DNA of 64,000 nucleotides from the human T2T-CHM13v2.0 reference genome, Homo sapiens: assembly GCF_009914755.1 (NCBI RefSeq), contig NC_060938.1, one strand, 5' to 3'. The number at the start of each line of letters is the position of its first letter. Within the stretch, counting starts at the first letter, position 1. Below, in pieces: positions 1 through 21,260 of the stretch. The notes below the pieces were generated by a model. It was not told where the DNA came from and made no database searches. It was given only the letters and a program-made list of their open reading frames with translations. The position numbers and the translations under genes are program-made.

Positions 1-85
1 AAAATTTTGGAGTCATAAAACGTTTTTTGGTCCCTAACATAATTAAGTTAAATTTACTCATGCGTAGCATCTCAGGATATATTGA

Positions 86-420
<335 letters not shown>

Positions 421-929
421 AGAATTTACCTTTTTAAAAAGCTTTATTTATTATCTTTTTGAGTCCTACTGATGAGTAATTTGGAGTTTCATGTGTCCTT
501 TTTATATAGGTATTAGAGTATGACAATGACATCTATAATGGGATAGAATTTAAATTTTAAAGCAAACCAAACAGCTGTCCTATTTATGAGTGCTAACTTA
601 AAGATGGTTTGATAACATGAAGGTAACGGTACTATGAATGTGAATGTAATGACCCTATATATACACAATAAATATACACAATATATATACAGTTCTCTGT
701 TTATACTTTTCAGCTTCAGTTTTCTTGTTCTGAATTTAAGCAAGAAGGTAGCATTTAATTCATAGCTTATTGTGCTACTCCTGTTTTCATACCTCTTCCT
801 TAAGCTTCTGGTAAAATTAAAACATTTCAAGTAGAGTTTAGGATTGTAGAAAACAAGGCATGTTGTTAAAACCTGTAATTGTGAGCGTGTCTTAAAATGA
901 CAAGATTATTATATATATATATATATTTA

Positions 930-1398
<469 letters not shown>

Positions 1399-1552
1399 TG
1401 AATGGTAGAAACACAACTCCCTCTTCCCCTCGACTCCACAGACTTAATGTGATTTTTTAGGGTATAGGGGAGGGGGTTATGAGAATGTGGGAACCCAAGC
1501 AGGTGTTCTAATGGCTGTGGAGTAACCTGTCTTCTCCTTCCAGTTAGTTTCT

Positions 1553-1830
1553 GTGTTTTGTTTGTTTGTTTGTTTTAAAGAGACAGGGTCTCTCCCTCTG
1601 TCGCCCAGGCTGGAGTGCAGCAGGGTGATCATAGCTCACTACAGCCTTGAACTCTTGGGCTCAAGCAATCCTTTAGCCTCACCCTCTGAAGTAGCTGGGA
1701 CTACAGGTGCTTACCACCATATCTGGCTAACTTTTAAAAACTTTCAGAGATAGGGTCTCACTGTGTTGCCCAGGCTGGCCTTGAACTTCTGGCCTCAGCT
1801 GATCCTCCCACCTCAGCCTCCTGAGTAGCC
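1553..1830 (-). mobile_element. Alu (J-type)
   Basis: Diverged Alu consensus. Confidence 0.88.
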
Positions 1831-1839
1831 TTGCTTTTT

Positions 1840-3000
<1,161 letters not shown>

Positions 3001-3502
3001 CCAAACAGTTGACAAGTAAAATATAGCATTATAGAGTGAGAAATAACTCAGAGTTTCAGAGTAGAACTGAAAATATACTAGAAGAGTATTTTCCTTAGTG
3101 TTGGACTAGATGATTTTAAATTTGAACACAGACATTGTATCAGGTAACATCAAATCATACAGTGAAGGGTTTCTCACAATGTACACAAAATAGTATTTGT
3201 CTGCTTAACACTGGGATTTGCAAAGAACAGTGAAATATTACAGTGTTACAAAGCAAGATCTTCCTCTCTTTAAATGCCTGTTAACCTGATTTTAAGAATA
3301 TCTTTATTGTATACATCTTATTCTTTAAATGTACCCCATAACTAATAGTACCAATTTTATGTTTTCAACATTTAAGTTATGATATTATACATTTCCTTTA
3401 ACTTGCTTTTTCTATTCAAACTGGTTGATAGCTGTAGATCTGATTTTGTTTTCTATATTTAATTCCCTTGAAGTCACATACCACGGTTTATCCAATCCCT
3501 GA

Positions 3503-4082
<580 letters not shown>

Positions 4083-4157
4083 CCCGTTGATGTATTTTAA
4101 AGATTTTCCTCTATTTTTGTCCTATAGACGATTCTGTAGTAACTATCTATGTTATTA

Positions 4158-4530
4158 TGTAGATAGGGTTCTTCAGATAAACAGAACTACTAGAATATGT
4201 ATGGGTGTATCTATGTGTACATATATTCAGAGATTTATTTTAAGGAATTGGTTTATGTAGTTGTAGGGGCCTGACGAGTCTGAAATCTGTGCAGGCCTAT
4301 AAGAAGGAGTTAGGGCCTTAGTCTCAACTTCTGGAAAAATCTCAATTTCTGCTCTTATGACCTTTAGGTGAACTGGATAAGGCCCACCCACATTATGGAG
4401 GGTAATCAAGAGATTATAGATGTTAACCATATCTACTAAATACTTTTCACAGTAACACCTAGATTAATGTTTGATTAAATAACTGGCTACTAGAGTCTAG
4501 CCAAGTTGACACAGAAAACTAAGCAACACA
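4158..4530 (-). mobile_element. MLT2-family (ERVL) solo LTR, diverged
   Basis: Reverse complement starts TGTGTTGCTTAGTTTTCTGTGTCAACTTGGCTAG, like MLT2 5' ends; typical internal blocks (AGATTTATTTTAAGGAATTGG, GGCCCACCCACATTATGGAGGGTAATC). Confidence 0.8.
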
Positions 4531-4960
4531 CTGTCCTTCCATGTGCACCAGAGACTTTCAGACTTTAAAAAACCTCCACCAATAGTTTATACACATACTT
4601 AATGAAACCATATGCTGATGTTTTCTGTTCTTATTCTTTTTTTTAAAATGCTGATTAGGAACCCAAAATTCAATGTGAGTAGATCTGACCAGCAATTTGA
4701 AAAACATTGCATATATATGTAGTCTAGAAATGGAATTGCTGGCTTGCAAGGTATCCACACGTCCACTTTACTATACATTGCCAGTTTTTTTCTCTGAAGT
4801 AGTTGAACCACTGTACAGCCCTACTAGCCGTGTGAATAAACCTTCTTTCTTACCCCCTTGATGGCAACTGGTAATTGCAGTTTCCTTGTAGACCTAATTA
4901 TTCCAGATAGGTCTGGGCTTATTTTTTAAGGTCTTTAAAACTTGATAAAAATCGACTTTA

Positions 4961-5239
4961 GGCCGGGCACGGTGGCTCATGCCTGTAATCCCAGCACTTT
5001 GGGAGGCCGAGGCGGGCGGATCATGAGACCATCCTGGCTAACACGGTGAAACCCTGTCTCTACTAAAAATACAAAAAATTAGCAGGGCGTGGTGGCAGGC
5101 GCCTGTAGTCCCAGCTACAGGCTGGGGCAGGAGAATGACATGAACCCGGGAGGCGGAGCTTGCAGTGAGCCAAGATCTGCACTCTAGCCTGGGCGACAGA
5201 GCAAGACTCCACCTCAAAAAAAAAAAAAAAAAAAAAAAA
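4961..5239 (+). mobile_element. Alu (Y/Sc-type)
   Basis: GGCCGGGCACGG...poly(A); TSD AAAATCGACTTTA/AAAGTCAACTTTA. Confidence 0.93.
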
Positions 5240-5411
5240 GTCAACTTTAAACAAAGAGACCTGCCTGTGTTGGCACCTTCAGCAAATATTAGTATCTACC
5301 CAGAAATTAATGACATTTCTTTATTTTCATTGTATTTATATTTTTTGATTTACATATAGCAAAACTGAATAATTTTTGGTGCACATTTTTGTGAGTGTTA
5401 AGACATGTATA

Positions 5412-5871
5412 CAATACTCCTCCCTTATCCATGAAAGGTATGTTTCAAGACCTCTGGTGGATGCCTGAAACTGTGGGTAGTACTGAACCCTATATATATA
5501 CTATGGTTCTTCCTATGCATACATACCTATGATAAAGATTAATTTATAAGTTAGACACACTGAGAGATCAACAACAAAAAATAATAAAATGAACAATTAT
5601 AACAATATGCCAACATCGCCAATACTTTGGGGCTGTTAGTAAGTAAAATACAGGGGACTTGAACACAAATGCTGCGATGCTATGACAGTCCAGCTGATAA
5701 CTAAGATGACCCAAGTGACTAATGGGCACATAGCACCTACAGAGGGGATGTGGTGCACAAATGGATGATTCAGGTACTATTCCTGGAATTTTCATTTGAA
5801 TGTTTTCAGACCACAGTTGATCATGGGTAACTGAAATCACAGAAAGCAAATTCCAATGCGGGGCACCACTG
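5412..5871 (+). mobile_element. MER44-type (Tigger) DNA transposon relic
   Basis: TA followed by degenerate TIR CAATACTCCTCCCTTATCC; internal GGATGCCTGAAACTGTGGGTAGTACTGAACCCTATATA; degenerate right TIR. Confidence 0.8.
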
Positions 5872-6199
5872 GAGTTTCATATACCACCACCACAATTAGG
5901 ATACCAAAGAGTTCCAGCTCCTCCAAAAGCTACCTCAGACTTTCTTAAGCTTCCTCACACTTCTAGACCCTGGAAACCTTGGATCTATTCATTATCCCTG
6001 TACTTTTGCCTTTTTCAGAGTGTCGTATGAATGAACTTGTACTGGCTTCTTTCACTCACTGTAATGCTTTGGAAGTAGGTCTAGGTTGTTGAATATATTA
6101 GTAGTTCACTATTTTTGTTGCTGTGTACTGTTCCAGTATATGGATGTACTACAGTTGGTTTATCCATTTACGCATTGAAAACATCTGAATATTTCACAG

Positions 6200-8933
<2,734 letters not shown>

Positions 8934-9653
8934 TGTGTGCAGGTTTTATTGTGAACATATGCTAATTCTGTAGGGTATATGGCTGAACAGTGGGGTTGCT
9001 AGATCAGTCATTTGGTAAATATAATTATGTCTTTGTAAAAAACTGCAAAACTTTCCCAGAATGGCTTTATAATTTTGCATTTACACCAGCAGTGTATGAG
9101 AATTTCAGTTGTTCCCATTCTTGTCAGCACTTTGTAGTGTTGATGCCTTTTATTTTAGACAGCCTAACAGGTAAATAATGGTTTCTCATCATGGCTTTAA
9201 TTTACATTTTCCTAATGGCTAATGATGTAGAGCATCTTTTCATCTAATATACCCCCTTTATATCTACTTTGGCGAAGTGACTGTTCAAATCTTTTGGCCA
9301 TTTTAAAAAAATTGTGTTATTTTCCTTATTGTTGACTTTGAAAGTTCTTTATGTATTCTGGATAGAAGTCCTTTGTTGCATATGCGATATGCAAATATTT
9401 TCTTACAGTCCGTAGTGTATCTCAACAGTGCCTTTTGCAGAGCAAAAGTTTTTAAATTTTATTTTTAGTATACCATTAAAAAATGTTTGGTGGATTGTGA
9501 TTTTGGTACTGTATCTAAGATCTCCTTTCCCAATCCAAGGTCAAAAAGATTTCCATGTGTTTTTCTTTAGAAATTCTATAATTTTTCAGTTTTACACTTA
9601 GTTCTGTCATCTGTTTTGAGATAATTTTGAGGTATGGATCCAAATTTTTTTAA

Positions 9654-10118
<465 letters not shown>

Positions 10119-10867
10119 CTTTTCTCTGTCTTTATGCCAATACCATACATTCTTGATTACTGATTTTTTGTAATTAGTCTTGATTTAGATAGTGTAAGTC
10201 TTCCAACTTTGCTCTTTTTCAAAATTGCATTGGCTGTCTCATTTACTTTGCCTTTCTTTATGAATTGTAGAATATTTATCAATTACGGCAAAAGAAGGTG
10301 CTACAATTTTGATTGGAGTTGCATTGAATCTTTAGAGCAGTTTGGGAAGAATGCCTTCTTAATAATAAGTCTATATCTATGATCTATTTCTTCATCTTCT
10401 TAGATCATCTTTAGTTTCTCTCAGCAGTGTTTTGTAGTTTTCAGTGTACACATCTTACTTTATCCCTAAGTTATTTCATATTTGATGCTAATGATCTTTA
10501 ATTTTGATTTTTGATTTTTTTTTTATTGCTGGTATATAGAAATAGAATTGACTATTTACTATTAATATTATTTCCTACAACCTTACTAAACTTGTTTATT
10601 CTGGTACCATTTTGTAGATTCTACAAAATGTAGATTTTCTACACAGATAATCGTGCAGTTTTGATTGTACCTTTCCACTGTGGATGCCTTTATTTTTGTT
10701 TTACTTTAGACTTTTATTGGAAATACAGCAGGACTTATTTGTCTTTGTATTCCCTTTGGGGTCCCTCCCCACACATACCTTTGATGACTTTTGTTTTAGA
10801 TTCTTTGTAGCGTTAGCATTGTTCTGAAGTCAGAACTATGTATATATCTATAAAAAAGGTATACTTG

Positions 10868-11170
<303 letters not shown>

Positions 11171-12236
11171 TCACTCCATCTTTTTTGTCATATTTCTTTC
11201 TCATCTACATCCTCTTCCCATCTGCAACAGAAATTCAACTTTTAATTTTACCTAATTCATACTTTTCACACTTTGGGTCCTTTTCACTATTCTGTTACGG
11301 TTCTTTAAAGTAACTGCCTCTCAGATTTTACTAAAAATGTAAAATTTCCTCTTTATGAAACCTAGAACACATTGGTAGACAAAATTAAAGATGGGAGATC
11401 TGGTGGTATCATAAAAGAAGAAATTCGTCAACCAGACTGTGGGTTTCCTAGATTTTTGTTTATAGTAGGTTGTATGTTATATTTAGTTGCATTTTTCCCC
11501 CTAGAGTTTAGGTTCCATAACTTTCATCATATTTTCAGAGTAATTTATTTAAAGGAAAAAAAGTGGCCAAAATTAACCTTTAGAATGAATAAGTCTGGGC
11601 CTAACCAGTGTGAAGGTATGGTCACTGAACCTCCTGTTTCTCGAGTCTTTGCCTTCTGAAGATATGTGTATTGTAATAGATGACAGCCGCTTGCGGTTAA
11701 TTCAGTAATACATGTCAGCTCCACCCCTGGCACTTTTAAACCTTTTGGCCTACTATTTTGCAAAACAGATTTTTAAGAATTAGTATGCATTTTAGAAGTT
11801 TCCTTTCAGGTTAAACTTTTTAAATAGTTATTCTTTAATAATGCTGTTAAAAGAATTTTGGGATTTCTATTGCCAAGTCACTAAAAAGTAACTCAGGCAG
11901 AGAAGGGTAAGGGTGCTGCAAGCACACATGAAGAATTAACATTTTAAAAGAACCTTTGAGCACCTTGGCACCTGTGGATTTCTTCTTGGATGTCTCATGC
12001 CTAAAAGCAGAGCAGCATACTGTAAAATCAGTAAAAGTAGGAAAGGACTTGCAAGTAGAAATGTTTCAGCAGACTCTCGCCTCCCCCATCTCCATCCTCA
12101 CTCTGATGTTAAGTGTGGGGCCCATTGGGCCAGATACAGGTAAAAAGGTGGGTGATGTCATTAAAAGGTATTGTTACTTATAGCTTATTATATGTGTTAA
12201 ATTTTAATAAGAATTTTCTTTTTTCTTTCTCCCAAG

Positions 12237-12320
12237 CCAAACTGGCAAGACGCAGTCAAGAACGGGACAATCTTGGCATGTTGGTCTGGTCACCCAATCA
12301 AAATCTGTCAGAAGCAAAGT
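12237..12320 (+). CDS. RCOR1: RCOR1 coding exon (exon 3), ELM2 domain part, 84 nt
   Basis: Pyrimidine tract + AAG| acceptor, |GTAAGT donor; translates (A)KLARRSQERDNLGMLVWSPNQNLSEAK(L), matching CoREST as I recall it. Confidence 0.97.
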
Positions 12321-12479
12321 GTAAGTCTTGGAGCACTTTATTTTCCACCTTTCTTGTTTAATGTAAGGTTTTAAAGGTACCTTTGAAGGTAAAAGCTTCT
12401 ATATGTATTAAATTTCTTTTCTATTTTAAGATAAATAATTTAAAGAGTTTTAAAGTGTATATTTCTTTTTTTAAAATTT

Positions 12480-12769
<290 letters not shown>

Positions 12770-13579
12770 TGATCTGTTCCATTTTTGAACATGTTCTTTC
12801 TTACAGAGCACTAAAAATCTGCCTCCCTGTAATTTGTAAAAGCTTTGTTTTCCTGAACTTTGCTAAATAAGTTTGCTTCCATATGTGTCCTTTAAATGTT
12901 CAGTCATCGTATCTCCTTTACTGTCTGAGTCCAAGCTAGTTGCTTCAGGTGCCTTTTCAGATGGTTTTTTTGGGGATCTCTTTTCATCTCCTGTTGTCCT
13001 TCTAAGTGTGTTCCAGTTGGCCACAATGTCCATCTTAAATTGTACTCAGAACTGAATATGAAGAATACTGAGCATTTTTTGAACCTTTATGCCAGCACAG
13101 TACTAAAATGTTTTTCATACTCCTGTATCATTCAGTGTTCACAGTAACCCAGGAGGAAGATTTTTTCTCTGTTTTACAGATGGCATCCCATAGTTCAAAG
13201 AGTCAGAGGGTTGTAAAAGTAGCACAGATAGTGAGTGGCGGAACCCCAAGTAGTTCACTCCTGGGTCATAATCTCACTTATTTCTCAGGCTGTGTTCATT
13301 TAGCCTGTTAGCCACTATCTTTCTGTTATTACAGTTTAAAGTTGTATTAGTCACTTTTCCTATTGTATTGCTTATTGGAGTCTTTGGAGTCAGAATTTAA
13401 TTTTAATGTTATCTTATTTTTCATAGACCTAGAAGAAAAGGGCAGAATATGTAAAGTTAATTGATTTTTAAACAGTGGTGTTGCCTATAAAATAAATTTA
13501 CAGTTTTATTGTAAGCCCTGATTACAATCGTTTTAAGTTTAAAGTTGGTTAAAACTTTAAACTTTAAAAAAACTAACCT

Positions 13580-14930
13580 GTCCACTGAGGCTCCCAGTGG
13601 ACAGCGAGCTCGGCTTGTGGCTGAGACACACTTGAGCCAGGCCAGAGGCATAGGAGGACCAAATTTGACAGATATCAATACACGATTCTTACTGAGGCCT
13701 TTGAAACGGACCCTTGTCCTGGAATTACTGTCAGAAAAGAACCGGCCAGAAAAACAGACTCCCGAGCCACGAGTCCAGGTTTGGTTTCAGAATTGGAGAG
13801 GTGGAGCACGGAAAAGAAGCCAGAGCAGCGCCAGCGTGGAGGCCACCTGGGCGCAGGTCCCCCCGATCCCAGACCCTGGTCAGCCTGGGGTGCTGACCCC
13901 TACTGTTCCACCAGCGGGGCTTCCCCGGGGGTCCCAAGCAATGTGGGCAACTTCTCTTGGGAATCGGAGGATGCTTTGGGCCAAGCTCTCCTCTGGGGGC
14001 GCGCTGATGTTCCGTGCGCGAATGTGGCCCCCGCTGACCTGGAGATGGCAGCCAGTGCGCTCGGCCACGCTTAGGGAGATGTCCCTTGATCTCCGCCCTC
14101 GGGCCCAGTGCTGCTTCCGGGTCCCTCTTGCCACCAGCCCTTCCCACAGCTGGAAGCTGGCAGTGCTGGGCCTCAAGTTCATCCCGGGGCACCCGGCCTG
14201 CTCCCCATACACCAGTCCCTAGCTCTGCGGGGGCTGGGGCTGCACCCTCCTGCTGTGGAGCAGCAGCCGAGGTGGGGCTGGCAGCTGGGGGAGGCGCCTG
14301 GGTGCGCCGTGACCTGGGAGCAGCCCTCTCCGCCCCAGCCCCCGCAGCTCTGACCGTATCCCGCCTCTCTGCCTCTTTCCTGGCCATAGTCACAGCCACA
14401 GCCATCGCAGGACCCGGCTGAGCGCTAGGAACAGGTTCCTTGTCTTCCTCCAGAATCCAACTCGCACGGGAGGCCCCAGCACCCCTGCCCCCAACCCGCT
14501 GCGGAGTCTGAACCTCAAGCGGCTGCATAGCAAACCCGTGGAAATGACCTGTCAGTGTCAGGCAGTGGAAGACAGATGAACTAAGCAAGGGCTCATCGGT
14601 AGTGTTCACGTTATGAAAATTGAAGAGAAATATCAAGATTTATTTACTTTGTCACGGAAGGGCTTCCAGACATACCTTTCAGGGAAATCGAGTTGTTAGG
14701 GTGGAAGGGCCTTGGGGTGCATGAGACCTAGGGGTTTTCCTTAGATGGCATAAAAAAGGATTGACTTTATAGAATACATCTGTCTTTCCATTTATTAACC
14801 GAGTAAACACGGAGCACTGAGAGTGAACAAAGTCCACTAGCGAGAAGGCAGGATGAGGACGGCTTTGTAGAAATGCATTATTTTCTATCAGGAAAGAGCA
14901 ATGATTTCTACTCTGGGAAAAAAACAAAAC
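13580..14930 (+). pseudogene. Intronless DUX-family (PRD-class) homeobox retrocopy, degraded
   Basis: Homeodomain QRHRRTKFDRYQYTILTEAFETDPCPGITVRKEPARKT/QTPEPRVQVWFQNWR (from 13643) broken by a 2-bp frameshift near 13755; Pro/Gln-rich tail with in-frame stops; A-rich tail 14918-14930; degenerate TSD. Confidence 0.85.
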
Positions 14931-15779
14931 AAACACTTACCTAAAAGTAATATTTACATATTGTTGAAAGTTCATAGATAAAAGTATAAAGAATAAAAAA
15001 AATTCACCTATTATTCCATCACCCAGAGGTGATAATCGTTAAACATTTTGGGGTATTTCTTCCAATTTTTTTTGTATGTATTTATATAAGTGAGATGATA
15101 GATTATCTGTGTGTGTGTATGTGTGTATTGTCTTCCTGAGCATCGGACCTAAGCAGTTTCCACGTTGTTAAAACTGCTTATAAAGGTTTTAAATAACTAG
15201 GTGTAATACTTTATTACATGGATATGTCAGTATGTTTAACAATTACTCTATTGAAAATTTAGGTGTCTCAGTTTTGGAAGAATATGGAAGTCTTGGTTGT
15301 CCAGCATTTATTCTGACATTAAGTAGAAATAAGTGATTTAGGACATATTTCTAGCAGATACTAAAAAACTGTGTATAGGATGTCTGGAGATCCCTGGCTT
15401 TTCTTGTGTGTGTGTGTGTGTTTTTTTTTTCCTCTTCTTTTCAAAGTGGCTGTTCAGAGTTCTGCCTCTTAGGGTTACTGAAAGCTTATAAAGTTATGTT
15501 GTAATTATAAAAATAAATGCTATTTTAGAAAATTCAAATAGTACATAATGCATAATATATAATTGTTTTCCACAAAATGTGAACTGTTATCAGTCTGCTC
15601 ATAAGTACATCTGGGACTTTGTTTCATCTCAGTATATCTACAGTTATCTAATTTTTTTTTACTGTAACTAGTATGGATGTATCATAATTTAGCCTTTTTT
15701 TAAACAAAATTACCTGTATTACCTATTGATGAATATTTATAATCTTAGTTCTTTTTTTAAACTCTGTTTTTTAAAAAAC

Positions 15780-17160
<1,381 letters not shown>

Positions 17161-18306
17161 GTATTGTCATGCTAGGAACCCCTCTCCCACCCCCACATTA
17201 CAAACAGACTGATGTCTTCTGTCGTCTTCTCCTTTTTTACATCGTTGTTTCAACTGAAATTATTGGATTATATTTTTTCCTTCACTTACATTAAACTCAT
17301 ACATACTTTGTGCCTGGACTTCATTCTTTTCAGTGTACCTGGCTCTATATTTATTCTTTTAGGTGAATCTTAGATTTGTGGTAACAAGTTCTGTCCAAAA
17401 GTATCTCAATTCAGATTATACGGAATTCGTGTTTATCTACTGAGTTTTCATTTACGTTTTATATTGAACAGCTTTTTGTCTGGGAATGTACCAGGAGTGA
17501 AAGGTTCAGGAATCTCATACTGTAATGGAGAGACAGAAAAAATGAACATGTGAGCAAATAATTTATGTGTAGTTTTCCTAGGCAACTCTTCCTTTTTAGA
17601 GGTAGAAACACTGGGGTCTACAGAAGTAAAGTCAAGTGTTTAAGGTCCCATAGCCAGTTATTACAGTAGCCAAGTTTTAGCTAGATCTCTTGTCTCCAGA
17701 CAATATTTACCACACCTGTCTGCCTTTGTAGGCTGCTTCATTTAATAAACTGTAATTCAACGCTTAAAACATTAATACTATACTAGTTTTTTTGGGCTGT
17801 GTCTAAGTAAAACCCATTTAATGAGAGATATAACTTATGGGATATGCCTAGAAAATGTGGCCTGTAGAGAGACATTTCATGTTGAGGAAGCGTAAATAAT
17901 TCCCAATAACATAGATTAGAACAATGAGTTTAAATATTAAGTGATCATGGAAAATTACTTGATGAAACCATGGCTTGAGATTTCAGCAACAAAGGAGTGA
18001 ATGAAGTACAATCTGCCATCATGTGTAATCTGGAGGGTGGCAGACTGAGAAACTGAAAAATGTTCACTTATTGGAGAAGAGTACAGTTGACTCATATGAT
18101 TTTTACATCAAGCATCTCCCATGTACCACTGAGTCAGTATTCTGATGTTCCCGTTGGGACTCAGCAGAAGGTGCTAGCTTTCCTAGGTAGAAACAAAGAG
18201 TTGAAGATGGTTGACATTTGATTGAAATGTGGAAGAATGAGTAGGAGTTTGCTGGCTGGACCAGGGGCATAAGTGCACACTAGACAGAAGAAATGATAGC
18301 ATTTCC

Positions 18307-18630
<324 letters not shown>

Positions 18631-20048
18631 TGAAGATGTGGAGAGGAAATCCAGCACTTAATTTTGGAGATTTGCCTGACTGTGACAAGTGTTGTCCTGG
18701 GGCAGAGAGAAATGAAACTAGAAAGGCAGGCCAGCTTCTTAAAGGTTTGGAGGATCTCTTGACGGAGTTTTAGCTAGAACTGATATGATTTACACTGAAA
18801 AGCTCTTGACAGTCCTGTGGTTTAGAGAAGAGTAGAGAAGAGGTTTATTGGTGGTAGTAAGGTGTTGATGCAATTCCAAGTCAGAGAAGTTGATTGCCTA
18901 ACCGGGTCAGTGCTGTTAAAAGGCGGCATGATGGAAATTCAGGAAGTCAAGTCAGGAGTATCTTAACTTGCCCCAAAGAGATGGAGACCATAGAATTGTG
19001 GGCTTAGTGACTGGTTCAGGCAGCCTTTAACATGCCTGTAAAGACTATTAAATGCCGTTAAGTATAGGTGCACTGTTCCATCATTTACTCCACACGTTTC
19101 TGTTGAACCCCTATGAGGCACTCCGTTGCTGTGATACGGTATCATCTCTCCTCAGTCCCCACTGTGATATTGTGCAGCCACCCTTTGCATGGATTCCACA
19201 CCCTACCTCTGCACATCCTGTTTATACCATTCCAGGCTGCCCGCCTTTGGGGACTCCATCCTCATTCCAGTTGATCTGCACCCTAAATGCCCACCTTGCT
19301 CAGCCCTACCCACCAGCTTTAGGATACCACCTCTTGCCTTCATGCAGACACCACTGCACTGCGCAGTGTACTTTTGACAGTCCCCTCTTGTCACTGTGCT
19401 TACGTGTAGACCTACCTCAAGTTTGGACTTCGTTTGTTTAGAGAAGCAGCTGAACGTTAACAAAGTGGGCGTATTAGAGTTTAAAATATATGTAGAGTTT
19501 AGGCCAGATTGTAGGCCCAGTCTGGTTCCTTTTACTGACTTAGGAAAAACAAAGTTTACCCAGGCACGTGTGGTTAAATATAATGCAAAACTGTGGTCCA
19601 AGGGTCTTAATGAAATGGATAGATTAATCTGAGGATTTTTTTTTTGTTGCTTGATTATTATTATTTTTTTTAAGGTAGGGCTTGAAAAGAAGGGGAGTGG
19701 AACTAGAGGGGAAGCTCGGGTATAGCCTTGTCTGTTGTTTATAGTCTGCTTTTTAAAAATATATAATCAACTAAATTGCTCATGCTGAATGATGTTGATA
19801 GTTCCCAGAAGGAGCAAATTTCTCAGATGGGCTGCTGTTGCCTTGGGTGTAGAATTTAGCAAGGTGACTTTTGGCTATTGGATATCCATAGAAACAGATG
19901 GTCTTGCTCATTTATGCATTATGCATTTTATAAGTTATATATAGTAAGTGTTTGTGCAGTTATTTAAGTGTTTGCATTTTGGGTTTTTTATTTTATAAAA
20001 ATGAGGAAAAACTGGTCCAGTGGTAAGAATCATGGATCTCTGTGTTAA

Positions 20049-20385
<337 letters not shown>

Positions 20386-20744
20386 TGATTTTTTTTTTAA
20401 GCTAGCTATTAACTATATAAGGAAAAAAATTGCATGTAACATGGTGGAGGTAGATAATTTAAAGTTGTGTCAAAAGACAAGTTTAAGTTAGGGATTTAAA
20501 AGTAAGTTTTAGCTTTCTTGGAATAAGAGCCGTACCTATGACATACGCACAATTCATTTCTACTTTAGGATGTTTGACTTACTATATTGTACATGAAAGT
20601 TTAGAGTAATATGAATAATGTGTAATATATCATATATAATTCTAAACTTTCATGTAGATACATAGTAAATGTCAGGTGTCTCTATTCAGAGCATCCCAGT
20701 AGCTTTTCAATTCATTGTAAGTTAAAGTCAAAAGAACCTGACAC

Positions 20745-20970
<226 letters not shown>

Positions 20971-20989
20971 GAACTTGATGTCCACATGG

Positions 20990-21260
20990 CTCACCCCCCA
21001 GTTCATTCTGGTTATTGCTTAAGTGTCACTATATCAGAGAAGCCTTCTTTGACCACACAAACCACTCACTGTCTTAACTCACTTTCTTTCATTCTGCTTA
21101 TCATCACCGGACATCGTATTATCTACTTTATGTCTCTCGTCTCTCTCCACTGTAGTGTAAAACTGAGTGGAGGAACTTGGTATGTGTGTTCAGTTCTCTG
21201 TCAGTCCCCTCTTGGCATGTGGTGGGTGTATAATAAATAAGTTATTGAATGAATGAGAAG
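20990..21260 (+). mobile_element. L2 3' fragment
   Basis: TCAGAGAAGCCTTCTTTGACCAC ... AATAAATAAGTTATTGAATGAATGA terminus. Confidence 0.6.

Noticed and set aside
4472-4482. Near-DUX4 motif (TGATTAAATAA) in the MLT2 LTR
   Set aside because: Mismatch in the TAA half-site; old diverged LTR
13545-14222. 225 aa ORF containing VQVWFQN as an intact homeobox gene
   Set aside because: Starts at TTG, has only helix 3 in frame, and helices 1-2 are in another frame; it is a pseudogene reading, not a functional CDS
18960-19440. C-rich unique-looking stretch with a 129 aa ORF
   Set aside because: No recognisable homology, splice signals or structure
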